Shown here piece after piece: positions 1 through 18,883 of a stretch of DNA of 64,000 bases (the first letter of the stretch is position 1; each line of letters begins with the position of its first letter). Where the stretch lies: NCBI GenBank assembly GCA_039096225.1, contig JBBPEB010000034.1, positions 930,001 through 994,000 of the forward strand, given 5' to 3'. Both the position numbers and the translations under genes were made by a program. The DNA comes from Blastocystis sp. Blastoise. Taxonomy: Eukaryota; Protista; Bigyra: Opalinata. Under the pieces are notes generated by a model that was not told where the DNA came from, ran no database searches, and saw nothing but the letters and a program-made list of their open reading frames with translations.

Positions 1-21
1 TATATATATATATATATATAG

Positions 22-1255
22 TTCTACATTATCTTCATATTTCTATAATGAATGTGTATCTATAATGAATGATTATGTTTATTATCTGGATCAACAATGT
101 TTCTTATCCTTAAAATCAAATGATAATAATATTCAATTAAAATATGTATATAAATATATATAAAAATATAGTTTATCAATTTTTACAAATTTATTATATA
201 TATATAGGATAAAACATTATTATATGGTAATAATACTGTAAAGAAATATTTAAATAATTCAGATTACACAGCGTGCGTCACTCAGTCTCACGTGCAAAGT
301 ATCCTTCATTTGTGTACATCCAATCAAATCATTTATATTATCTGTCAAATCGTTGATTATATGGTTGAACAAATGAAAAGAGTTAATATACTTATGAAAG
401 AAATATATGCTACTTGCCCATCATCTATAGATACTACAAATGTATATATATATATATATATAATAAGAATAATAATTTATATTAGTATAAATATTTTGGA
501 TATATTATAATTTCATTATTTTAAGTTATAATAATTATATATATAAATATTATATTTTTTTATTTTTAAATATCATATATATTTATATATATATATTTCT
601 ATGTATAGATTTCTCATATATATCAATCGTTTACTGAGTCTATTCATACAATTGATAAGATTAAATATAGAGATATATCTTTATGCTTTAAAGCTATAGG
701 GAATGGATCTATTCTTCTTAATATGTTCCAAATATCTTTAAATCAACAAGATATTATGATCTTTAATGAAGTATATATCTATATATATATATAATAAACA
801 TTGCTTATTATATTTATATTCTTTTTTTTATTTTTCTAAAATAAAATTATTCATTTCTCTATTTATTTTAATTACCGTATTATTTATATCTAAATAATAA
901 TTATTAAACATTATATATATATATATAGATATCTCCTCTTCTTGTTTCTTCTAACGGAAATACTCTTGTAGAACAATATTTGAAATCAATTGTTAATTTT
1001 AAATATAAAAATCCCTCACTCCCACTTATTATTGCCGCTAATTCTCAAAATATTCGTAAACCAATTGATTTATATAAATCTAAAAAAGATACTCATATTT
1101 TATTATCTCCTATATATCAATATATATATGAACAAATATTGAAATATATACCAGAATGGATTAATATGAATGCTGAAAATGGCTTAGTCGATAATTCAGT
1201 TAAATCCTTAGAATTCTGGAGACTTTGGGATATATATACATTCTGTTTCTCTGAT

Positions 1256-1291
<36 letters not shown>

Positions 1292-3788
1292 GATTTATTA
1301 TCCTTTAATTTTATATTTATTAATTTTAAAACATTTTTTTTAAATAAAATTTTAGAAATATATATATATAGTTATTATTTGCTTCTTTATTTATTTATCT
1401 TTATATATATAGTCTTTTGGAGAAGGTATATCTCAAGAGAATCAGTATATATATGGAAGTGGTGTATTTATAGGAGGAGTATTATTATTATCTATATGCA
1501 GACAATGGAATAGATTTAAATTATATTCATTCTGTAATCAAGTATATATATATATATTAATATGTTTATTCTAATGTTTATTCTAATGTTTATTCTACTA
1601 TTTATTATGATTATAATAAAAATAATATTAGTTTGTAATTCATAAGTAGTTATATCTATTCAATTCTATTATAATTAATTATATATATATAACAATATAT
1701 ATATATAGATTAATAATGATGGTAATATTCAAATGGCTGTTAATGGTTATAATCTTGTATATATATATATTATTAAATAATTCTTTTCTATTTCTTATGT
1801 ATTTAATATAACCCTTTATATATATAACTCTTTATATATAATTGTTTATAACCCTTTATATATACCTATCTATATATATAGAGTGATGGATTACGTGCAT
1901 TTATTGCTCATATAAATGATTATATATCTGTAATGACTACAATTCGAAGTAGTTCTTATATATATGATGGCTTCTTACCTTGTCGCTCTAGTCAAATCTA
2001 TCAACCACCCTTTAATGATAAGTATATATATAATAATAATAACGTTTATACATATTATAAATAGAATATATTTAATAAATAGAATAATATATAAATATAA
2101 TAAATACAATAAATATAATAAATATATATTTTTAGAACAACATATATTGTGTCAAAACCACTTTATGAAGATAAGGTATCACTTTTTTAGTTTATTTTTC
2201 TTTTGTTATAACTATATATATATATTATTTATTAATATGTACCTATCATATGTTATTATATTGAAATATATGTTTTTTTTCTTACGAATTCTATTACATA
2301 ATTAATAAATAAATTATTTATATATTCTATTTTATATATTAGACTTATTGTCCTGTGTCTGTATTTCCTTACACTTCTCAAACAAGTGAATCTTATGATT
2401 TAAGAGCTATATTAAAATATGCCAAAAGTGAATATGATTCTATTGATATCAATTCTATGTCTACATCAAAACCTACTGTTCAGAAGAAGAAAGTTATTAC
2501 TACGAATAACAAAGATACTATTGTACAAAATACTAATAATAATAGTGCTTCAAATACAAATCAAGATGATACGAAACCGAAGGGAAATCCTTATTCATCT
2601 GATCCTAAATATGCTTCTTATTTCCGTTTATTAAGAATGGGAATGCCTATAGAACAATGTCAATTAAAAATGAAAGCTGAAGGTGTTGATCAAGCTGTTA
2701 TTGATTCTTTAAATACTTCAGTTTCTTCATCTTCTTCTTCATCAACTACTTCATCTACTCCTACTCCTACTCCTGCTCCTGCTCCTGCTCCTGCTCCTCA
2801 GCCATCCTCTAAAACAGTATTTATTTTTATATTCATTAAACTATAATTAACTTGTTTACAAAATATATATTCGTATTATTTATACTATATATTCAGTATT
2901 TTTCTATCACTATTTATTTATGAGCTCTATATATATATAGAATCCTTATTCATCTGATCCTAAATATGCTTCTTATTTCCGTTTATTAAGAATGGGAATG
3001 CCTATAGAACAATGTCAATTAAAAATGAAAGCCGAAGGTGTTGATCAAGCTGTTATTGATTCTTTAAATAACTCCTCCTCCTCCTCCTCTTCTTCTTCTT
3101 CTTCTTCTTCTGCTCCTGTTACTCCTGCTCCTGCTCCTACTCCTGCTCCAGTTGCTGCTCCTGCTCCAACAGTATATACTCTTTTTCTTTTTCAATAGTC
3201 ATTATTTATTTAGTATTATCCACTTTTATACCTTATAATTATATATTTATTTATTTGTTTCATAATATTTTTTATTATTTTGGGATTTATTTTTTTTATT
3301 ATCTCTCTCTATATATACTAATAATAATAATGATTTTTCTAGAGCCCTTATAGTACAGATCCTCTATATATAAAATATTATCGTCTTCATCGAATGGGAA
3401 TGCCTACTGAACAAGTACAATTAAAACTTCAAGGAGATGGTATAGATCCTTCTATTATTAAACAAATTATTAATGATTTCCTTGGTGTTTCTAATACTAC
3501 TACTACTACTACTAATGATAAATCTACTACGAAATCTTCTTCTTCTACTGCTACTACTAAATCTACTACTACTACTACTACTAAGAAATCTCCTGTTAGA
3601 CCTACAACACAAGCACCTGCTACTAAACCTGCTACTAAACCTGCTACTAAATCATCTTCAAAACCAATAGAATCAAAAACTATATCAAAACCTCATTCTG
3701 ATTCTTTTGATTTAGATAAATTATTAGAAAGTTCAAGTGATGATGATGATGATGATGATTCTTTTAATGATTTATTAAATACTTCAAG

Positions 3789-3822
<34 letters not shown>

Positions 3823-4530
3823 GATTTTGATGAAATAATGAATACACCATCAACTAGCAGTAAATCAATAAATAAAGATACTACTACAACTACTAATAAA
3901 GTAGCAAGTAAAATAATTGATTCAAAACCAGTTAGTAAAGTATCTACTAGTAAAACTACTACGAAAACTACAAATAATAAATCTATAACAAATACCGTAA
4001 AAGCTGATTCAACTATTAAATCTACAAAGAATGAATCTAGTAGTAATGATAAGAAACTTAATAATACTAATACTAAAGAGAAACCAGTGGCTAATAGTAC
4101 TAAGAAATCATCAGAACAAGGTATACATATTTAATAATAATCATTATTAGTATTATTTTTTGTCATTTATATAATATTATTCACTATATATATACATATT
4201 AATAATTCTATTAATATATATAGTTATTTTATATACTGTACGTGCCAAATTTTCTTATAAACCTCAACGATCGGATGAATTGGCTTTTAAAAAAGGTGAT
4301 ACTATTAAAGGTATATATATATATTTAATGTATTTTTATTAGATATTATTATGTATTAGTTTTGTATTTAAATATATCTATTTATATAGAATTTAATAAA
4401 TATTGTTTATAAATTCTCATATATATATATATATATAGTTGTTTCTGTGGGTAAAGATGGATGGGCTGTCGGTATTTTAGGTGATCAAAAAGGAGCTTTT
4501 CCCGCGAATTATGTTGTCAAAGTTGCATAA
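22..4530 (+). CDS. Multi-exon gene, 5' end outside window: CYFIP/Sra-1/PIR121-like C-terminal region, three CCDC53-C-terminal-like motifs with Pro/Ser/Thr linkers, and a C-terminal SH3 domain
   Basis: Spliced exons give NGLVDNSVKSLEFWRLWDIYTFCF and YGSGVFIGGVIIIYLCRQWNRFKLYSFC, resembling CYFIP EFHRLWSA and FGDGL.WAG..II.LLGQQRRF. DPKYASYFRLLRMGMPIEQCQLKMKAEGVD occurs twice plus one diverged copy. The last two exons (4223-4310, 4439-4530) give VRAKFSYKPQRSDELAFKKGDTIKVVSVGKDGWAVGILGDQKGAFPANYV*. GT-AG introns keep the frame from 1882 to 4530. Confidence 0.75.
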
Positions 4531-5316
4531 TTATAATACTATTACTTATTATATATATATATTAAAATTATTTGATTGTTTTAATATTTTGTATCTTTTC
4601 TGGAATACTTATTTTTTAAATATGTATTTGTATATTATATATATATATCTTTTTCATGCTTAATATATATTTTTATTTATTTTTCATATTACTTTTTATA
4701 ACCCATTATATGAAAATATATTTGATGATTCTGAATTCTTTTAATAGATAGTTCATACCATTGTTTCGTGAATAATATCAATTTAGGCTAAACAAATAGC
4801 TGCATAAATGTGTTCTCAAGAAGTATATGAAGCGAATATTTACATGAAAGTTTATAAACGTGTATTTATGGCATCTGAAGCGAAAATTAATTGAGAATTC
4901 TAATATTTCTTTTTAAAAACATGTTACATAAGTTTTATTTTCATATCACTGAACAAAGAATAAACTATGAAAATAAAACATAACTAAAAAAGACAAGAGA
5001 GATAGTTTAGCATGACATTGTTTTAATAAATGGTATTAGAAATGAGCAAAGTATCCCTGCTGAGCTGTAGTTTATTTAAAAAGTTTAAATATATCAGAGA
5101 ATGAAGAAAATAAACCTTTTTATTTTTCATAATGACTAGATGATGATATAAATTATCATGAAAATATAGAATTATAGAGAAAACAAGACGGGAATAATAG
5201 ACCAATAAAATCTTATAAAGAATACATTAAATGCGTCTTTTTATTGAGAAATACAGAAAAAGAGACAAAAGAAATCTTTAAATTTTTTTTCTCTTCTTTT
5301 CTTGCGTTTTGTCGTC

Positions 5317-6988
5317 ATGGTGAAAGAAAAATTAGAACCAAACATGAGTAGAATAAGTGTTCTACAGAAAGATATGATTCATTTTGAATTATTAATAGGT
5401 GATTTGATGGGAATCTTAACGAAATCTATTAGTTTTTGTGTTCACTCAAGTGAAGCAATAAACAGATTGATAGAACATTATCTAGGTAACAATAAGGATA
5501 AAAATGAAAAGAATGATGAAGATTCGACAGTAATTATGAAGGAACCTCCGTATATTCTTCAATCAAGTATTGAGACGAACAAGGAGAGCGATGAAGAAGG
5601 TAATGAGTATATAAGATTTACGAATAGTGGTGCTTTGTTTTCATTGCCTAAAAGAATTGTCAATAGTTTAGTTGGTAGTTATATTTTAGAGCAGTCATGC
5701 GAAGAGCAACGTACAAATGATGGAAATATATATTTGGATTATCCTTATGATGATTCTTGTGCCTCTTTATTAATAGATTCTCTGATGAATAAAAAAATGA
5801 ATGTTGATTCTCTGAAAATTAGTGATCAGATTAAACTGATACAACTCTTTGAGTTCTGTAATCTTCCTCTTCCTGAAGAATGCGTTAAGAGTTTTATTCG
5901 AATCCAGAATTCAAAGAAATATGAAGAAGGTGATGATATTATTTTATATATAAATGAGAAGAAAGAAGATAAACTTCGTGATTATTTAAAAAGAAATGGA
6001 TTATGGAATAATTATGTTAATAAATATAATGATGGATATGTAGATTATAATGATAAAAAGAATGAATTATGTATACAGATGAACTATCAATATATACAAT
6101 ATATATATGATTATATATTGAATAGTTGTATGTATATATCTGAAAATGAAATGAAAAAAATAAATAAGATACAATTAGAAATTGAAATGTATAATTTATT
6201 TGGTGATCAAGGAAGGGTTGCTGTTGAAGAAGCATTAATTCCATTTGAAAACTTTTGTTATTCTAGAATTCTTACTAATAGAAATATGGATTATATATTA
6301 AATAAATGGCTTGGAATGGAGAAGAAATGGAAATTATTATTTAGGTATATATTTAAAGTTGTTTTAGTTATTCTAATATGTTTGTAATTATATATAAATT
6401 ATTATTAATTACTATTTTTTTATATCTATAGAGCAAGTGAACATGATTATTCTGCAAAAGAATTTCATAATTATTGTGATGATGAAGGAGAAACAGTAAC
6501 TTTAATTAAACATATAGGTCATAATAATTGTATAAATATATTTGGAGGATATACAGATCATAGTTGGACAGATTCTGAACGTATATTCTATTTATTATTA
6601 ATATAAAAACAATTTTATTATTATTATTATAATTATTATAGAATTTGTTTATATTACTTGTATATATATAGGTTGGTATTCTTATTCTAAAGAGTTTCTA
6701 TTTACATTAAGTAATGAACATGGTATTCCTCCTACTAAATATGATTATACAAATAGAGATCGAAGTCAAGCTATTTTTTGTCATCCATCCTTTGGTCCAG
6801 TATTTGGTGATGGATTTGATATTAGTATAAGTGATCAATGTCATACTTATAATACTTCTTATTGTAATGCTATGAACTATAGAGAAATCAATACAACTCA
6901 AAAATCATCTTTATTTGTAAATACACAGGATTGTATTAATAATAATTATTTTATAGTTGAAGATTATGAAGTTTGGGGAAGAATGTAA
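5317..6988 (+). CDS. TLDc-domain protein with BTB-like N-terminal region (3 exons)
   Basis: WLGMEKKWKLLF/RASEHDYSAKEFHNYCD...IFGGYT...FLFTL...GPVFG...EDYEVWG. Introns at about 6346-6431 and 6581-6671. Confidence 0.9.
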
Positions 6989-9346
6989 TTGTATATTGAC
7001 TATCATTTATATATATTTTATTTTTTATTTTTATTTTTATATGTAAAGATAAAACTATTGTTGACTATGTTTATTTCTATTTATGTTATTCGTTGTTTTA
7101 AATATATTTATATAATCGTGTTGTGTCATTAAATCTATTTATATAATATTCTTATAGATCAGTAATTTTAATTGTTTTGTTGTTGTGAGTATATTCGAAA
7201 TTAATGACTTGTATTTAACTCATAAAATCATTTTTATTAACATGATATTGCTATTGAGACTCAACAATAATATAAAGAATGACAATAAATTATACAAAGA
7301 TTAAAAAATATGGTTATAAGTGTCAATATAAAAAAAATAATAACTAAATAACGAAACCTAGTGTAGTTATTAGAGAATATAATTGTATATTATATACTTT
7401 TATATACTATGCTTCATTGCATAACAGATATTTAAAGAGAATATAAATTATATAAACTCATGAAATAAACCATGATATTTATTAATAAACATAATAATGG
7501 CTTTCATTATGTTTATTAGTTATATATATATATATTTTGAATAGTTATAATTATAATAAAAAAGGAGTATAATGATAGAAATATTCAAATAGTTTTTTTT
7601 CTTGTTCTCTGTATATACTTTTAAACCAAAATACTTTTTATATAGTTCCTCAGTACATTTTCATTCTTATATATATATACTGTTTCTATTTTTTTCTTAT
7701 TATTATAATAAAAAAATTTGTGTATATATAACCTAAAAGAGATACTATATAATTTTTTCACCATTATTATAACGAATAAGATTACTAAATATATATATAT
7801 CCATAATAATAAAAAAAAATGTCTATAATAAATACTGATATATAAAATAATTGAAGAATCATCATTAAGTTCATCAGCTACTTTATGTTTAACTGTTATT
7901 GTATATAATCTTCTGTTTGAGTTATTTTTTACCTATCATAAGTTATATATATTATTACTTTTACTGTAAATGTTTATTCCTTCCATTTTTGTTTACGTAG
8001 TTGTATTGCTTAAATTATTAAGATCACATTTAATAAAAAGAATTGAAAGATTTATATTCTAGTTGCCAATGAACAATGCTCTTTCAAGTTATCTATATTC
8101 ATCATTTAGAAATATTGTTTTTTTATAAATGTTTAAAATATCACTGTTATTCTTTCCACAAGTAATAGTTGTTTATTCATTATTAAATTACTTTTAAATG
8201 TTTAACTTTATACAAAACATGTTTTTTAATATAATATTCTTGTTAATAATCGGCTTAATTCACTATGAGGCACTTTTTAATTTTTAAAGCTTCTTGATTG
8301 GCTAATTTTCGTTCAGAACTTATTCAGCCAATAAAATTTGAATAAAAAAAAGACTTAGGCAAAAAAATGAAAATTTTCACAAAATTTATAAGTCGACTGT
8401 TGATTTAGACACAAAGACCCTGTTAGACAAATTTTATTAAAGAATTAACATTATTTTTTTATATCAGTGGGTCACACAATATCAAAAACGTTTTTATTTA
8501 TTTTAAAGTCGCAATTCCGACAAATATTGGGGTCAATATTTTAAAACCTTTTGTTGCTCTGTTTAAAGTTTAGACCCTCTTAGAGTCACAAGTATGTGTA
8601 AAAGTGAATAAAAAGACCTCTATGGGACAAAACCAAAATTCAGCCAAAAAGTCAAAAAATTATATTTTTTTTACACTGAAAAATTGAACCGAGCCTATTT
8701 GTTCCATGGGCAATCAGACCAGAGTTTTGAATTTTTAAAATATTTACGGGAATATTTTTATTGTTTAAAAGTGAGTCTATTTATATTTTATTATATATCA
8801 GACGACATAAGAGTTTTAAAAGACTTTTTTCATTTTATTCTATCATGACTTAAAGTTCCGCATACAAAGAGTATGTCAAAACTTATAAAAAAACTACTTT
8901 TCCTCAGAATCAAATTAAAGTCTTTTAAAAAGTTGTTTTCAGAGTTAATTATGTATTATAAAAACGTTTCAAGTTATAATCAATAGTTTTTAGAACAGAA
9001 TATAAACAGATCAGAGAGTCAACAAAAATGAGTAATTTTTTAAAACCTGAAAGTAGTGGGATACAATAATGTTGTGTCAATAGTGTAATATATAATTGTT
9101 AAAACTTGTTATTTTAGTATTGAGTCATAAAAAATTTAAAAAAATTTAAAAATGAATTTTTATGAAAATTTTTAGTATTTGACTAAAAAATTGACTTTAA
9201 ATATGAATTTATCTTTATTTTTAATTTGTTGTATACAAGCAGATCTAGTGACTGCTATGCATATCTTAGGTGTTTTCTATACAGGTATATATTATATCAT
9301 AATTTATTTATTGAATATTTCCTATTTTTTTATCTGATTCTTTTAG

Positions 9347-13400
<4,054 letters not shown>

Positions 13401-14169
13401 TATATATATATATTATCTAATATCTATTTTATCTATTTTTTATTGTGTTATATTTATTTATTATATTTATTTTGCTTAGTATTATTTAAGAATAAGATTA
13501 TTCTAAAAGAATTCTTAGAAAAACAGGAAAAATGAGTAACTATTAATATAGTTTTTATTAATTTTTTATAATTTTCTTTATAAAGCATAAAACAACTTAA
13601 GAATCTCTCAGACATTCTCAGTTCATTTATTCACTAATATTAATATATGATTCGTTGATATAAAACATATTATAAAACAAAAGTTGTAAATTGCGAATTA
13701 TATCTTCATAAATAACTATACTAAATATATTTTTTGATTCTCCATTGCACTCTTATTAAAAATAAAAGATTATTGTATAAATATAACTAACAAATATATT
13801 TAATTGTAATAATAGTTTATTAAAATAGCAATTTTCTTGTTTAATTAAGTCCGGAAATATGTTATAATTAAATAATTAAACTTAATAGACATATACAACA
13901 CTTATATATTAATTTATATTCAAATAGACTATTTTTAGTAGAGAAACAGAGAAAAAATTTAAAAATTTGTTCACCCCTGGAAATAAAAAAAATTATACAG
14001 ACTTTTATTATAGGAAAAAAAAGATTTTATAAAAGGGCCACCCTATGTTTGTTTTATGTAAAAAATTTTGTATTTTGACATAAATCTTTTTATTTATTAT
14101 CTATTAAAGCTTTTTATAAAGTTTTTAAAAATGTAATTTTTATTATTTATATATCTTATATAATATAGG

Positions 14170-14690
14170 CTCTCTTTCTTCTCAAAATAACTACAAATAT
14201 GGCTCCATTTGTCTGATTCTTTTCGAGCTAAACCATGGTGATAGAAACCCATCATGATCTTGATTTCTTGGTATTAAGGTATGTATTTACATTCAAATTT
14301 TTATATATTAACTATTTTTATATTCTATAGCTAGTACGTGGTGTATCAAGTCCTCCTGATCTGATCCGTATTCTTTTAAAGGTATTTATTTATGTATTTA
14401 TTTTTTAAAATTAGCTATTATTATAGTATATAGGTGGTTTCTGTCCTCTGGAAGCATTCCTATAAGGGTTACAAAGGTTTCTAAGGTATATTCTATATAT
14501 ATATATTAACTTTATAATTCATTTTTATAGTTTTTCCTTTTCCTGTGCAAGTCTTAACTAAAGGTTCTTCAAAAAAGGTATATATTATCTAATAATATTA
14601 TTTTAATATACTAATTTTATATTTCTTTTTAGTTTTAGTCTTAATCGGGTAATGGAAACTAGGAGAGGCTAGTAGAAACTATATATAATT
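14170..14690 (+). other. Five-exon spliced transcript with no long ORF (lncRNA, pseudogene or mis-assembled small gene)
   Basis: Four introns (14279-14330, 14382-14433, 14486-14530, 14578-14632), all with AAG|GTA donors and TAG acceptors. Exons are GC-richer. An AATAAA plus TTGTTGTGTT follows at about 14775-14790. Confidence 0.45.
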
Positions 14691-15182
14691 AAAACTATTG
14701 CTTATTCTTATATATATATATATATATATATATAATTATGTTTTTCTTGTTAGTTATTAAATTTTGTAATTATTAATAAATTGTTGTGTTTTTTTAAATT
14801 TTGTTGAAAATCACTGAAAATTCTTAAAAAAGAGGACAGTTTTTACACAAAACTATTCCCGTGAATATATTCTCTAATCATATGTCTGAATTTATCTTAA
14901 AAAAATTCTACAACAATTGGCGTTGATCTGCAAATAATATTTACGGGAATGCCTCATAGTGATTAAAAACAGGTTTAAAGCTATTAAATGGCTCTATTCC
15001 TGAATACATATAATTCTAACTGAGATACCATTTACAAAACTCTTATGTAATGAATTTATAATTAAAGAATTTTTAAATATATTTAAAAAGACATAACATG
15101 ATATAAAAGAAATATAAAGTAATGATAAAAAGATATTTAAAACTATATTAAAACATCATAAAGGAAAACAGCTTACTACACA

Positions 15183-18100
15183 TTAATGAAGTTTATAAAT
15201 AGTAATAGTTTTATAATCAATTTTGAAACTCTTACCAACAAAATAGTTAATAAAAGTTAATATACCTTCTGAGAATTTTTCTTTAATATTTCCTTCAACA
15301 TTATAAGTTTCAAGAACTCCATTTTTAAATAATTCAAGGAATATATTTTTTTGTTCATTATTTCTGAAACGAAGTTCGGTATAGAAAGCAGTATTTTTAA
15401 AGACTTGATCTTGAGTTTCATCAGGTTGTTCACCTTGAATCATAAATATATTAACATCAAAATATTCTAAGACTTTATTAGCATCATAAGATTCCGTATG
15501 TCCAATGAGTCGAGTAAAAGCACGAGCTAAAGCATAACGAACATTCATATTAGCTCCTCTAGGATCCATATTTTCAATAACAATTCTAAGATGAACATCA
15601 GACCATTTATTAATAGTTGTAGGGAAATATTGAACATAAGAAGTTGTAGTATAATTCTTAAATATAGCTTCATAATATTTGGTCTTACAATAACGAGTTA
15701 CAGCACCATCAAATAGAGTTCCAGCAACAGCAGTAAATGCAGAATAACCATAATAATAAAGTATAGTTATAGGATAAGTAATAGAAGGAATAGTATTAAT
15801 TTCTACTTGAGTATCATCAGCATTTTCATAATAAGAATAATCAACAGATGTATCTGTAATAGGATAACATACATTAGGAGTAGATTTAGAAAATGCTTCA
15901 ATAACATCTAATTTATAAATACTCCAGAAATAATGTGTTGTTTCAAGTAGTTTATTATTAAGAGCATCCATAAAAGTAGTTTCAAAGAACAAAAATTGAA
16001 CATCACTTGCAGAATCATATTGAGTATCTACTATTATTTCAAGAAGATTACTAAAATCACTAGAATCATCTATAAATTCTATTTTAGTGATATATATATC
16101 TTGAATAGGAATAGTAGAAACTTCAGTGATAGCAAATAAGATTTGTTCTTTAAACCAAAAAGAAGAAGGAACTATATTATATTGAATAGTATCTGTTCTA
16201 TCAACTATATTAAATACTACTTTTGTATAAGAATGACCAGGAATAACAGATTTAATATCATCGCCTTCAAATCTATTTCTATGACAAACAGAATCAATCT
16301 TTACAAGAGATGCACGTTTAAGTATAGAATTATAAGCACAATAACTTTCAGAAGTAGTATCTGTAGTATCATCACAAATTTCTTCATAAGTAGTAATTTC
16401 AGGTGTAAGAGAAGCAAGAGTAGGAATATTATATTGTTTACCACAAGTAGGTCTTATATTCATATTATATACATATTCACCAATATTACAATTAAATTGA
16501 GTATAAGTAGAAACAGAAAAATGAAATTTAAAATATTGTTTTTCTAGACTAACAGTATATTGAGAATCTATTTCTTGATTTTTAGTTAATTCTACATTTC
16601 CATCATAACAAATAATATCACTTACTTGATTATCATAAAAGAAAATACTGAAATCTTCATCTTGATTTGCAATAACATTAAGACAAGGACCTCTACGAAC
16701 TAAATCAACTGCTAGATATTTAGTAGTAAGAATATATTTATTAACTTCAGTTATAGTAGGAATAAACTTAATATATATCATAGTAGGAGCATCACTTAAA
16801 TAAGTTCCTGATAATTTTACATTAGTAAGATCATCAATAATAGTAGGAATACTAATACCATAATTAGAACAATCAAAAGTAGTTGAGAAATCATTAGAAG
16901 AAGAACAAGTTATAGTATATCCAGTAATACCAATACATATATTATTTTCTTGTTCACAACTAAGTTTTAATTCAGTTTGATCACCAATAAATTGAGTAAT
17001 CGTTTGAGTATTCTCCAATAAAGTAAGAGAATCATAAATATCAAAAGAAACACTTTGTGTAACATATAATTCAAAATCAAAATGGCAATCATTATTAGAT
17101 ATAATATCATTCCTATGATCTTCATTATCTAAAGGATTATTAAGAACAGAATAATATTCACCTTCAAGAGAAGTATCTAATTGGAAATCACCACCATAAT
17201 AAGTATTTCCTGTTAATATACTTGATTTAAACATAGAAGGATGAGTTTGTTTTATTACTTTACTTCCATCAAGTTTAGTATAATTAATTTGTTCAACAGA
17301 AGAAGTAGTAGACCAAGCAGTACAAGCAACATTGACTCTTTGTTTATTTCTCAGACGAATACGATACGTAGATTTATCTAAACATAAGAAAACTCTGAAA
17401 TAAGGATCAAAACGACCACCAAGGAAATTAGCTAAACCATAATATTGAGTAATAGGTTCTTCAGGATATTCACCAGTAATAGAATTACGTTTAAAAACTT
17501 CAAAACCTTCAGTACCACCATTAGTAGTAGCTAATTTATCAAACACAACAACTCTTTGATTATTAGCACATTCTACAGGACCAAGATGAATAGTAAGAAT
17601 ATTAGAAGTACTACCCGTAGAAGAAGTGAAAGCGAAATCACCTACAATATAGCCAGTATACTTAATTTCATCACTACGTTGTTCAGATAAAGTAGAGAAA
17701 GTAACATAAGAATCAGAAGTCCAAGAAATAGATAAACGCATATTGTTACGACTAAGAACATACATTTCTAAAGTATAATCATCTTTAGGTAAACAAACAG
17801 CATGTTCAGCAATAAGACCTTTAATATCAGAACCAGAATTCTTTAGAATAGAACCCCAACTAGTAGGAGATTCATCATTAACATTAATAGTATCTCCTAT
17901 TAATTCACCTTGAGAATTCTTTAAACTAAAAACTTCACTATTTGTATTACCATTATGAACTCTAGTTACAAGAACAGGATATTCACCAGAAGTAGAACAA
18001 TCGAATTTTTTTATATTAACAATCTTTTTAGGCTCATCTTCAGGACCAGTTCGAATAGTAAAAGAAGTAGTTGTGTCAAAATTTGAAGATATTACTTGAC

Positions 18101-18883
18101 CAGAGAAAATATAATCATCGTTTTTGAATTGCAATCCAATAGTTGTTTCACCTTCAAAAGTTAATTGTGTTAAATAATTTCCATAAGCTCCAGCATCAAT
18201 TGGAGTATCATGATTTAATATAAGAGCAATTTCAGGTCTTATTTCAGCAGCATTAAAAGCATCAACGAAAATAGTGTCTGTAATTCTATTAATAGAAGGA
18301 GTATAAATTTTGTTGTCTGGTAGTTCACTAATACCAAAGGATTGAGTATTTTTAGCAGCACTTTGATAGCATACACCAGTATAATAATGATTATTTAAAG
18401 TATTTTTAACTTTTACACAGAAACCTCTCACAACAGAACTTTCACTTTGAAATTGATAATTATAATGTATACCTCCACCTTGTGAATCAGCAAGCAAACA
18501 CATGTCGATATGTGCTTCACCATCTTTTATTTGTTTGGCTGTATAAATGAAGTCTTGTTCACAACCTCCAACGAGAAAATCTTCTGGATTAGTTACAGGA
18601 GTACCACAAAGTGTTGTTATTGCAAGAGTAGAACTGTCTGAGGGATCCATATATAATGGCGTAATTGTAACAGTTTCATCATCAGAAGGATAACCAATCA
18701 AACTTCCTGTGACTTCTAATGTCACTAAGACATAATTATCCACATCGCTGTTACCACAACCTAAATATATGAATTATTGTAATCATCACAAGAGTTTTGA
18801 ATTTATAAAACTAAGGAAAAAAATATCATACTAGTTTGAGCTAGAGCTAGACTTAGAATGAAAAGAAGAGCAAAATATTTCAT
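15183..18883 (-). CDS. Large (~1210 aa) secreted or surface protein, beta-rich and Cys-containing
   Basis: Signal-peptide exon MKYFALLFILSLALAQT (18883-18832), intron 18831-18761, then one 3.6 kb exon (the 1186 aa ORF). Confidence 0.85.

Noticed and set aside
16143-16547. Antisense ORFs inside long genes (also 3421-3612, 53614-53910, 55445-55747)
   Set aside because: Shadow ORFs on the opposite strand of real CDSs.
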